The position numbers and the translations under genes were made by a program. Of a stretch of DNA of 43,824 nucleotides, positions 16,786 to 26,800 are shown one piece after another. How positions within the stretch are numbered: position 1 is the stretch's first letter; each line of letters begins with the position of its first letter. Under the pieces are notes generated by a model that was not told where the DNA came from, ran no database searches, and saw only the letters and a program-made list of their open reading frames with translations. Source of the DNA: a virus (taxonomy: Duplodnaviria; Caudoviricetes); the IMG/VR virus record IMGVR_UViG_3300005254_000009, positions 1 to 43,824 of that record; one strand, given 5' to 3'.

Positions 16786-17583
16786 ATGGCACCGATCATT
16801 GAAGATAAGATCATCCCGGCCGGCAACATCCCCCATGAACTGGAAAAGGATGCGAAGACCGACAACAATCAGCAGGAAACGCAGAGGATCAAGGTGGGCG
16901 AGAAGGACATGGACCCCAATGACCTCGCCAAGAGCTACCTGGAACTTGAGAAGAAGCTCGGGTCCCAGGGGAGTGAACTCGGGAAATACCGAAGCCAGAA
17001 CGATCTGCTCATGCAACAGCTTGCGGACATGCAGCAGCGGCTTGGATCTGCGAACACCCCTGCGAAACAGAGCCAGGATCCCGACTTCGACGCCATGAAG
17101 GCTGAGATTGCCAAAGCCATCGACTCCGGGGAAATCTCCCTGGAGGAGGGCAACGCGAAGATGTGGGATCTCATGGACCAAAAAGCCACCATGAAGGCCC
17201 AGAAGGCTGCGGAGAAAGCGGTCATGGAGGCCCGGTCGGCCTTCGACAAGGCACAGCAGGAAAAAGAAGCGGAGCAGATCAAGGCCCGCTTCCTCGAAAA
17301 GAACAAAGACTTTCTTGCTTTCCGGGATTCCGAGGACGCGGCCAGGATCAAGGCCGACAATCCCCTCCACGACGACGTGAGCGCCTATTATGAGAACAAG
17401 GCGAACATCGCCATACAGAAGTATGAGGAGCTTGCGAGCAAGATCGAATCCGGCGCCAAGCCGAAAGGTCCCGTCGTGGACAAGCCCGGAAGCGCAATCC
17501 GAACCCAGAATCTCAACAAGCCGCGGTCCTTCGAGGAACGACGACAGGCCGCTCTCGCGGCGGCAAACGCCGTCGGCTCCTGA
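16786..17583 (+). CDS. Capsid scaffolding protein (putative)
   Basis: LAKSYLELEKKLGSQGSELG motif; helical and charged; directly before the capsid gene; SD AGGAGG. Confidence 0.78.
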   Translation: MAPIIEDKIIPAGNIPHELEKDAKTDNNQQETQRIKVGEKDMDPNDLAKSYLELEKKLGSQGSELGKYRSQNDLLMQQLADMQQRLGSANTPAKQSQDPDFDAMKAEIAKAIDSGEISLEEGNAKMWDLMDQKATMKAQKAAEKAVMEARSAFDKAQQEKEAEQIKARFLEKNKDFLAFRDSEDAARIKADNPLHDDVSAYYENKANIAIQKYEELASKIESGAKPKGPVVDKPGSAIRTQNLNKPRSFEERRQAALAAANAVGS

Positions 17584-17612
17584 CGGGATCCGGCACATAA
17601 GGGAGCAGCAAA

Positions 17613-18623
17613 ATGCCTCTTCCTTTAACCGAACTCAATGCGGCAACTCACGAGTATTGGCAGGATAATACTCTCAATGACATCTTCTTCACGGAAAACG
17701 TCCTGCTTTGGTACCTGATGAGCCGGGCCAACGGCAACATCCCGGCCCCCGGGGACACCGTGGCGGGTGTTGTGGAGGCCGGGGAGATCGTGGACGGCGG
17801 CACCAAAATCCGCGTCTTCCTGGAGTACGGCGCCGCCAACAGTGGCCGGTACGGCTCCACCGTGACCATCTCCACCACGAAACAGGCGATCATCAACGCG
17901 GCCCGGTACGACTGGGGCGGCTACTACGCCAGCAACACCCTGGACTTCAACGACCAGGTTCAGAACAGCGGCAAGTCCGCGCTGATCGACATGAGCCTCG
18001 CGAAGCTCCGCAATATCGAGAAGACCATCCGCGACACCATGGGTGCCGGAATCTACGGCGCCCTGGCGGGAACCATCGGCCAGGATGCGGGCTTCTCCGG
18101 GCTTGCCGACCTGTTCGGAGCCGTCACCAGCACGCCCTACGGGGATATCGCCGAAGCCGACATGGCCAAATGGAAGGCCAACGTCATCGATACCGCGGAG
18201 GCCATCTCCTACAAAGCCCTCCAGACGATCTGGCGGACCCCCGCGATCGGGCAGAGCCGAGCGGCCAAGCCAAACATCGGCATTACCACGGAGGTTCTGA
18301 AGGACGGCTTCGAGCGGACCCTTCAGACTCAGCAGCGGTTCGCCGTGGAGAAGCTCGTCCGGGCCGGCTTCGACAACGTTCTGTTCAAGACGGCGCCGAT
18401 CGTTGCCGACGACAACCAGGCCGACGGCGTCCTCGACGCGCTCAACACCCGGTTCCTGAAGGTCAAGACGCACAAGGATTACCAATTCACGACCCCGAAA
18501 TGGACGGTCATCACGCCGACCCAACCGGACAATCTCATGGCGGAAAGCCGGTGGGTCGGGCAGCTGGTGTGCAGCAACAGGAAGGCCCATTGCCGGCACA
18601 CCAATCTTACCGAACCTTCTTGA
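17613..18623 (+). CDS. Major capsid protein
   Basis: 336 aa; strong codon bias; GG..I...LEY, NSGKS.LID, GFSGL, AGF.N..F; followed by a terminator. Confidence 0.85.
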   Translation: MPLPLTELNAATHEYWQDNTLNDIFFTENVLLWYLMSRANGNIPAPGDTVAGVVEAGEIVDGGTKIRVFLEYGAANSGRYGSTVTISTTKQAIINAARYDWGGYYASNTLDFNDQVQNSGKSALIDMSLAKLRNIEKTIRDTMGAGIYGALAGTIGQDAGFSGLADLFGAVTSTPYGDIAEADMAKWKANVIDTAEAISYKALQTIWRTPAIGQSRAAKPNIGITTEVLKDGFERTLQTQQRFAVEKLVRAGFDNVLFKTAPIVADDNQADGVLDALNTRFLKVKTHKDYQFTTPKWTVITPTQPDNLMAESRWVGQLVCSNRKAHCRHTNLTEPS

Positions 18624-18646
18624 TCGTAGCATCATCGTAGCACCAT

Positions 18647-18677
18647 GGGGCGGGGGGAAACCCCCTCCCCTTTCTTC
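18647..18677 (+). terminator. Intrinsic terminator after the capsid gene
   Basis: GGGGCGGGGG-GAAA-CCCCCTCCCC hairpin followed by TTTCTT. Confidence 0.65.
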
Positions 18678-18686
18678 GGGAGGATC

Positions 18687-18905
18687 ATGGAACCTGTTAC
18701 CGGATCAGCTGTGTATGAGTACATGGATATCGTTTCTTCCATCCTCAACAGGATGAAGACCAGGGACCCCGAGGCCCCGTTCCGCTCCGAGGAGGACGGG
18801 GAGACGACCAGATATTTTCTCGGAGACAACGAGGTCGTTCGGACCAAGACCATGACGAAGGACGGCAACGTCCATTTTTCTTTTGAGATCACGAGGCCCC
18901 TATGA
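18687..18905 (+). CDS. Hypothetical protein
   Basis: 72 aa; SD GGAGG; ATGA-coupled to the next gene. Confidence 0.6.
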   Translation: MEPVTGSAVYEYMDIVSSILNRMKTRDPEAPFRSEEDGETTRYFLGDNEVVRTKTMTKDGNVHFSFEITRPL

Positions 18906-19576
18906 ATTTCATGGACCTTCACAATGAATGCCTTTCGGTGATCGACGACGTCGGCTATGCGGCCGGCGTGGACGACATGATTAACGCGGCCGTCATGTCG
19001 ATCGCCGGTGGTATCCGGATGCCGGACAGGTCTCTATCCCCGCCCCTGCCCCACCTCTATGCCATGGGCAATGTGGCAACGGTTACGGGTGCCGCATTCG
19101 TCGCACTCCCGGGCGACTTCCAGCGGGAAGTGATTGCGGTCTTCTCCGCGACACAACAGCGTGAGATCCCTGTCTCGAAGAGCCATATCCGATTCCTGAA
19201 ACGGTATCCGTCGCTTTCGACGCCCGGAGCCGTGGATGCCGTATCCGTGAAGGGCGGCAACCTCTATTACCAGGGGATCCCTGCCACCCCGGACACGCTG
19301 CATGTCCACTATCACCGCATGCCGACACCGATGGAACAGGACGACGACACTCCGGACGGGATACCCGAACATCTTCAGCGGAGCCTCATCGTTCACAGGG
19401 TTGCATGGCAGGTCTTTGATCAGATCGAGGACGGCATCGAGGGGCAGAAGATCAACACCCTGTACCACCAACGACGGTTCTACGAGGCCATGGAAGATTT
19501 GACAGCGGTCATCGGAGATGATGACGGCCGCCCCGAGTTTGTCTGGGATGAATACGGGGAAGACAACCGATTTTGA
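18902..19576 (+). CDS. Head-tail adaptor protein (putative)
   Basis: MNF.DL..., INAA, ALPGDF, YQGIP, IPE.LQ..LIV: podovirus adaptor-like pattern and position. Confidence 0.7.
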   Translation: MNFMDLHNECLSVIDDVGYAAGVDDMINAAVMSIAGGIRMPDRSLSPPLPHLYAMGNVATVTGAAFVALPGDFQREVIAVFSATQQREIPVSKSHIRFLKRYPSLSTPGAVDAVSVKGGNLYYQGIPATPDTLHVHYHRMPTPMEQDDDTPDGIPEHLQRSLIVHRVAWQVFDQIEDGIEGQKINTLYHQRRFYEAMEDLTAVIGDDDGRPEFVWDEYGEDNRF

Positions 19577-19593
19577 CGGATGGGGAAGCTGAG

Positions 19594-20850
19594 ATGAGCA
19601 GATGGAACACCTTCGACCTGAAGCCTGCGCTTGCCAGTGCGGAGAGGTACACCCAACGGCTCGGCAAGATTGCCGATTTGGAAGCCGAGAACTATCGGAA
19701 GCTTCAGGAGCGGACGGCAATTGCCGACGCCTCAAACCGGGCCATGGCTCCCGGGGGAAGCCCGGCGACCACCGCAAGGGCGGGGCTGTCTTCCGGCCAG
19801 GCTGCAGGCCTTTCAAATCCAGTTCTTGCTCCCGCTGTTGATATTCCCCAGCTCGGAGATCCGAAATCGAGGGACTTCCGGACGGAATCCGACGGCTTCC
19901 AGACGATCCAGCAGAACACCTTTGACCCCGGGAAAGGTATGCAGGCCTTTAACGACCTTCGCGGCCAGGGATCCGATGTTGGTGTATGGACCGACAAGAG
20001 CGGCCGTGAACGGGTCATGACTTTCACGAGCACTCCGAAGTACCAGCAGGAGATAGGGCTCCCCCATTCGGATGCAAGAGCCCTTCGAGCCGGTCTCGAC
20101 CAGCAGTCGGCCGACTACGAGCAGGCTATGAAGGGAGCGCAGGCGCAGCAAACCCTTGAACTTGCAAAGTCACAGAGCAAGGTCCTTGGAGGCCTTTACG
20201 AAAGTCTCGACAAATATTCCGGCATGGCTGCGGGATTCAGCTTAAACCCGCTCACCGGCCAAATCGAAAAGATCGAAGACCCCAAGGTGATCGAATACGC
20301 CCGTGGGATGGTCGATTCCATCCGAAGGGACATCGACGCCATCAACTCCGGGCTTTACCAGCAGAACGATTCGGGACAGGCCGGAGACAGTTCGGCGGCT
20401 CAAGACCCCTTCGGAGATCTTGTACGGCAGGCCAAAGAAGGCGGAAATTCCACCGGCAAGACTCCCGGAGCGCCCAAGCTCATGCCCTCACATGAGCAAA
20501 ACGTAAAGGCGAAAGAGCGAGACGCCGACCTGAAAGATATCGCCACAAGGGCAAATTCGACCCTCGCCGCGGCCAGGACACAGCCGCCATCGTATTGGCC
20601 TGAAGATCGAACCGCCCCGGGAAATTACATTGGGCCGTCCCTGGAAAGAACGACGCAATGGATGCGTGACAACGTACTTCCGAACAGGCCTCGGGACATG
20701 AATTATTGGACGAACTACCTGGATTACAACGCCGGTCGCAAAATCGCAAAAACGAACAGGAGTCTTTCCGGAGAACCGGATCTCAATCCTGAAGCAAGCT
20801 TTGAGGATATTTCCAAGTGGATTCGAAGCCGAATATCCCGCTCCCAATAA
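19594..20850 (+). CDS. Putative internal virion / ejection protein
   Basis: About 418 aa; A/G/Q-rich and helical; immediately before the giant ejection-like gene. Confidence 0.55.
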   Translation: MSRWNTFDLKPALASAERYTQRLGKIADLEAENYRKLQERTAIADASNRAMAPGGSPATTARAGLSSGQAAGLSNPVLAPAVDIPQLGDPKSRDFRTESDGFQTIQQNTFDPGKGMQAFNDLRGQGSDVGVWTDKSGRERVMTFTSTPKYQQEIGLPHSDARALRAGLDQQSADYEQAMKGAQAQQTLELAKSQSKVLGGLYESLDKYSGMAAGFSLNPLTGQIEKIEDPKVIEYARGMVDSIRRDIDAINSGLYQQNDSGQAGDSSAAQDPFGDLVRQAKEGGNSTGKTPGAPKLMPSHEQNVKAKERDADLKDIATRANSTLAAARTQPPSYWPEDRTAPGNYIGPSLERTTQWMRDNVLPNRPRDMNYWTNYLDYNAGRKIAKTNRSLSGEPDLNPEASFEDISKWIRSRISRSQ

Positions 20851-20894
20851 GAACGAGACTGCCATCGTAATGACACAACACGGAGAACGCATAG

Positions 20895-23800
20895 ATGTTT
20901 GAGCCTGAATGGAAAAGTCTTGCATCCAGGGAAGACTACCAATCCCTAAGCCCCGACCAGAGGGCGTTTGTCCAGCAGAAATGGCTTGAACAGAAAACCC
21001 AGGGACGGGAGGACTACCAGGCGCTCACCCCTCAACAACAGGAAACTGTGAAGGCAGGCACCTTCGGAGAGGACTACAATCCATCCTTTTGGCCGGGGTA
21101 CGAGGGGCCGAAGGTTTCGCAGGAACCCTCGCCCGTTCAGAACAGCGACCAGGGATTCTGGGGAAGCGCTGTTTCGGCTGTTACCGGCGGCATGCTCGAC
21201 GCCGCGGATACGGTTGCGAGGGGTTTTCGCGCAATCCCGGGCGGGGAGGCGGCAGGTCAGGACCAGAGCGGCGCTGCTTCCGGAATTCTCGAAAAGCTGA
21301 ACGCACTCCGCCGGGCAGTTCCCGGTCTTCGCAGGCAGGAGAAGGAAGGGGGTTTCGCCTCATCCCTTTACGAAGGCGCCCGATCCGCCGTTACCTCTAT
21401 TGCGGCCGGCCTTCCCGGGGCCGCAGCGGGCGCAGCGGCCGGCAGTGTTGTGGGTCCAGTCGGAACCATTATCGGGGGGATCACCGGCTTCGCCCTTTCC
21501 GGGGGCACCCTTTTCGGCCTGTCGGAATATGACAGGGCCATGGAGGAAGGGATCGTCCACAACCAGCAGAACCCGGACAGGGCGATCAGCCGGGAGGACC
21601 TCGAGCACATGGCCCTTTGGTCCGCGATTGCCGAGGGCGGGTTCGAGTTCGTGACCGACCTCATCGAGGGCGCGACGTTCAAACTCGGCGCGACCCTTAC
21701 CGCACCGACGAAACTCACCCTGAAGGAGGGCTTAAAAAAGATCATCGGCACGAACGTCAAGCAAATCGCCGGCCGGATGGGAACCATTGCGGCGGTTGAA
21801 ACCGGGTTCGAAATGGCGACGGCGGCAACACAGACAGAGCTGCGAAATAGAATCGGCATGAGCGATCAGCGCGTGTGGGACGCCGCAGCGGAGGCTTTCG
21901 GCCCGGCGCTCGTCGCCTCGATCATCTTCGGGGGCATTGCCGAAGGCGGTGCATTTGCCGTGCGGAGGTCGACCACAAAAGCGCTTCAGAGCCCCGATGT
22001 AAACGATGAAGAGCGGTTCAGGGTTATCAACCAGGTTTATGACCAGATCAAAGCCGTTGATCCGGACCTCGCCTCGGTATGGGCTGCGAATGCGAATCGG
22101 GCCGTCGCCATGGGGGAAACGATCCCTATTGATGACGATATCGCCAATCTGAAGATGTTCAAGTCTGAGGCGGAACAGGATGTCGCCGCAGCTCAGAGGC
22201 TTGTCTTTGACGAGACCCTTCCGCTCGATCAGAGGGAGGCGGCGAACCAAAGGCTTCAGGCGGCCATCGGTGAACTTTCGGAGATCCGCCGGCGCGAGGA
22301 GATGGAACTTCGACGAGCGGACAGGAGGGATCTGACCCCGCTTGAACAGGAAGCGGAACTCCAAGCCATCGAGGCCGCGAGACAGCCGGGCGGGAGGGAG
22401 TATGTCCGGGCCGCCAGAACCGCAGACGACATGCAGACCCCGAGCCAGCAGGCCGAGTCGCACGCTGTCAGGGAGTACAACCGTCAGAAGACCAGGGACG
22501 CCTTTGCCGGGAAGATCAAGGCCCCGAGGATCGCCAGGGAGATGGAAGGTGTCATGGAAAGCCTTCCGGATTCGGTTTTCGAGGATGATACCGCGTCGGC
22601 GCGGGTAGGCAACCTCATGGGGCGGCTTGCCACCCTCAAGAATCGGGAATCCGTCCTGAAGTCGAGGCTCAAGTCCTCCGGGGCATCTCCGGAAATCGTT
22701 CAGGAACTTCGGACGGTGCAGGACACGGTGCGCCGGGTTACCGGGAACATCAACACCATCGCCGAGCGGTCGGCGCATGACTTCGAGGCGCAGGCGCAGG
22801 CGGAGCGGCAACAAGGGTATAACGAAGTAGGGGCGGAGATCGATCAGGCAAGGGAAGCCAAGTCCCTTGAGCGGTCTCTCCGGGATCAGCCGGCGCCCGA
22901 GGGGGATGATACGCTCCTCACAGCCCGCCAGGAGGCCGAGCGCGAAGCCCAACTCGAACGCCAGAGGGGCTATAACGAGATCGGGGAGGAAATCGACCAG
23001 ATCAAGGAGGCCCGCAACCAGGACCAGGATTTTCAGCGGTTCCGGGAACTCTACCGCGGGAACGAGATCGAGGGCATGGACGAGGCCCAGGCGTATGATC
23101 GCTACCGGGCTTTTGTCGGCCAGGCCGACGATATTTCCGGGATCGATGATAGCATTGACACACCGGAACCAATGCGACTGCCGGAAAACTCAGAGCTTTG
23201 GGATGGGGAAAAAAGCAGGGAAGTCCCAAAATCCAAGGAGGAGTTCCAGCGCGTTATCAACGGAATGGTTGCCACCGAGGAGGAGCGGGCCAAACTCCTG
23301 GACGACCTCGATTCCCTGGAAGACCGGAACTTTCTGGATCCAGAATATCGTCGTCAACTGGCCGAACGGCTGAACGTGGTCCCGAGCAGGTCCCCATTCC
23401 CCGCTGGAAGCAAGAACATCGATCCGACCCGCTACCGCCGGACGGATGTTGTCGGCCGCGGGAAGAAGGTCGGCCCGATGCCGGTCGATCAAATAACCGG
23501 ACCCCTTGGTGCCCCAAAAAAATCAGCAACGGCGGGGGCTCGGGAGGAATCTAAGCAAGCATCGGGAGGGCGCAGAATCGCCCTGAACCGGCAAAGCCCG
23601 AACGCCATCGAGGAACGGTTCAGGGCATGGCGGGACATGGAAGACGGAATCTTGGCAGGCGCACCGGATGCTCATGTACCCAACGGTCCTATGGAATTAC
23701 TGAACCCCAGGACGACGCCTCATCGACAGAGCCCTGGAGAGGCTCCGAGGAAGGCCGGGAAGGCGGTATACCCTGGTGAGACAGCGCAGGAGGCCCAACG

Positions 23801-26800
23801 CCCTCAGAAGGACACCGACTCCGAACCAAAACCCAGCCATGACAAAGCTGACACATCGACGGACGAGCAGGCTGCTGCATGGTGGGATGGTACTTTGACT
23901 CCGGCAGGCCGCCGAGAGGTGATGCGGGATGCGGGGATCAAACTCCCGGACCGTACCCTTTGGCGGCATATCTCCAAGGCACAGAAGAAGATGCTCCTTG
24001 CGGTCAAAGCGGCGGCCGAACAGGAAGGCACTTCGATGCCACCCGGGGACCCGTCGGATGCAACCGTGACAGTTTCTCCGGGGACCCGAATCGAAACCGA
24101 CAAAACCGACAGTGTCGGAAACGCAATCGACATTGTCGACACGGCACCGACACAGCCCAAAAAGGTCGAGTCTGCAATGGTTGGCGAGGAATCGACACGG
24201 GCCGACACGAAGCGGGATGTCGAATCCGGGGAGAATATTGCGGTTGAAAAACTCACCAAAAAATCCGAGATTGTCTCCAGAAAGGAGCCCGCCAATGGAC
24301 GAAATACCGAACGTGACAATCGAAGAGCCGAAAGAAAACCAGTGGTATCAGGCCCGGCTCTTGTGGGTGATGGAATTTCAGCCGAGCCTGGTGCTGGAGC
24401 TCTGGAAGGAGGGGCCGGAGGCCCTGCACAACTACCTGCTGGAGTACGCAAAGATCGGGGTATTGGCGATGTACAATCTCCAGAAGGCCGGGAGACTGGC
24501 GGAAGACCAGATCCGGGAAGTGGTTCAAGATCTGGTCGCACCGACAAACCTGGATCCGGAACCCGAACCGATGCCCGAAGATCTGGAAGGCGAGATACTG
24601 GAGTGGGCCGGGATGATTTAGCCCCGGAGGATCAGAACCACGTTATCGCCCCCTCCGACAAGATCATTCCCGGAGGGGCGGAATCCAAGATTCAAGCCAA
24701 TATCGGCGCCATCCGACTGTTGCGAAAGCTCCAAGCCGAGGACCGGAACCCCACGCCCGCGGAAAAGAAGAACCTCGCTCAATACACTGGGTGGGGGGCC
24801 TTCTCCGAGAAGGTGTTCAATCGGACCTTCAGCAAAGCCCTGAAGGCCGCAAAAGAAACCACATTCCCCGACCTTACCCGCGTTCTGTCAAAATCGGAGC
24901 ATGAAGACTATCTCCGGTGGCGGGAGAAGTACGGCCGGCACCTTCACCCCAAGCTCGGCGGAATGCTGACGCAGGAGGAATGGGATTCGGCCGCCGCCTC
25001 CACAATGAATGCCCACTATACGGCCCGCGAAGTCATTGACGCCATGTGGTCCGTAGTCCGGCACCTCGGATTCAAGGGCGGGAACGTCCTCGAACCGGCG
25101 GGCGGCGTCAGTCACTTCTTCGGACTGATGCCGACGGACATCGCCAGTGGATCGATGCTTCACGGTGTCGAGCTCGATACCATTTCCGGGAACATCTTCC
25201 AGAAACTCTACCCGCAGGCAAACATCCAGGTAACGGGCTTTCAGAATGCCCGGGGTCTTGATGACAACTCCATGGACCTCGTGATTTCCAACGTTCCTTT
25301 TGGCAACTACCCGATCATCGACAAAACCCACAAGCATATCAGCGGCTGGAGTATCCACAACTATTTCCTCGCAAGAGGGATGGACACCCTTCGGCCCGGC
25401 GGTCTTATGGTCACCGTTACGAGCCGGTATTCCATGGATTCAACCCGGAACACCCAGGTTCGGGAATACCTCGGCGCCCAGGGGGATCTTGTCGGCGCGA
25501 TCCGCCTCCCGCGTGATGCCTTCATGGAGAATGCCGGAACAGAGGTTGTCACGGACATTCTGATTTTCCGGAAAAAGGATTCCGACCGCGTTGGACTCGG
25601 GCAAGATTTCCGGATGAGCGTACCCGTTGAGATTGTTGCCGGGAAACCGCCGGTCAACATCAACACCTATTTTGCCGATCACCCGGACATGGTGATGGGC
25701 GTCAACTCTCTCGCCGGTTCGATGTATTCGGCCGAGGAATACACGGTTGAATCGAGCAAGGTGGGGGATCTGAAATCTCAGATTGCGAAAGCCACCCAGG
25801 GCCTGCCCTCGAATATCGCCGGAGAGGGCGCGGATATTTCGCAGGCCGTTCGTCAACAATGGGCCGATGAGGGGCAGAGGGACGACACCCTTGTTTATGG
25901 AAGCGACGGGGAGCCCATGTTGGTGCTCAACGGCAAGTTGGTGGAACCGAGCTATCCGGATTCCAAGGGAAACCCCGCGTTCCCGATGCGTAAGCCCGCC
26001 CTGGCCGAGAGGGTCCGGCAATACATGAAGGTGCGGGAAGCGGCCAAGGAGCTCATCAAGGCCATGCGGGACGAGGCCACCACGGACGCGCAGATTGCCG
26101 ACATGCAGGCCACCCTCAACGCGGAGTATGACGCCTTCACGAAGCGGTTCAAAGCCTTCAACGCGACATACAACCAGTTCCTTCGAAAGCTGGACGCGGA
26201 ATATCCCATTGTTGACGCCCTTGAGGACGTTCATCGGGAAACGGTCGAAGTCATTGCTAACGGCAAACCTGATGCCAAGGAAGTCGTTACCATTTCGAAA
26301 GCCCCGATATTCGAGCGCAGAACAATTTTTCCGTTCAAAGAACCCAACACGGCCGAGACGATCGAGGACGCGTTGGTCTTGAGCCGGATTTACCGCGGCG
26401 CCATCGATGCCGGGTATATTTCCACGATTCTCGACCGACCCGTTGAAGCCGTCCGGACCGATATCGTTCAGGCAGGTCTCGGCTTCCTGGACCCGAAAAC
26501 CGGCCGGGTTGTCGAGCGAGACAAGTACCTCAGCGGTGACGTAAAAACGAAGCTTGAGGAGGCTATCGAAGCGGCCAAAACCGACAAGGCGTTTGAATCC
26601 AACATCGACGCCCTCATGGAGGTTCAGCCGGTAGACCTGCCGATATCCCAAATCACCTTCATGCTTGGATCCGACTGGATCCCGGCCGACTGCATTGCCG
26701 ACTTCCTTCGGGAAGAGCTGGATGTTCGGGCTACAGTCAACAGGAGTGAGGCGGCGGGCCGATCATCTTTCAAGATCACGAATGTTGAAGGCGCTCAAAA

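Noticed and set aside
17625-18635. 336-aa antisense ORF mirroring the capsid gene (and the 310-aa alternative + frame ORF 17708-18640)
   Set aside because: Expected by-product of strong GC3 codon bias in a highly expressed gene; no SD, shadow-like composition.
22867-24247. Other same-strand alternative-frame ORFs in the giant gene (22867, 23198, 23879)
   Set aside because: R/P/G/S-rich shadow translations lacking an SD and gene-like codon usage.
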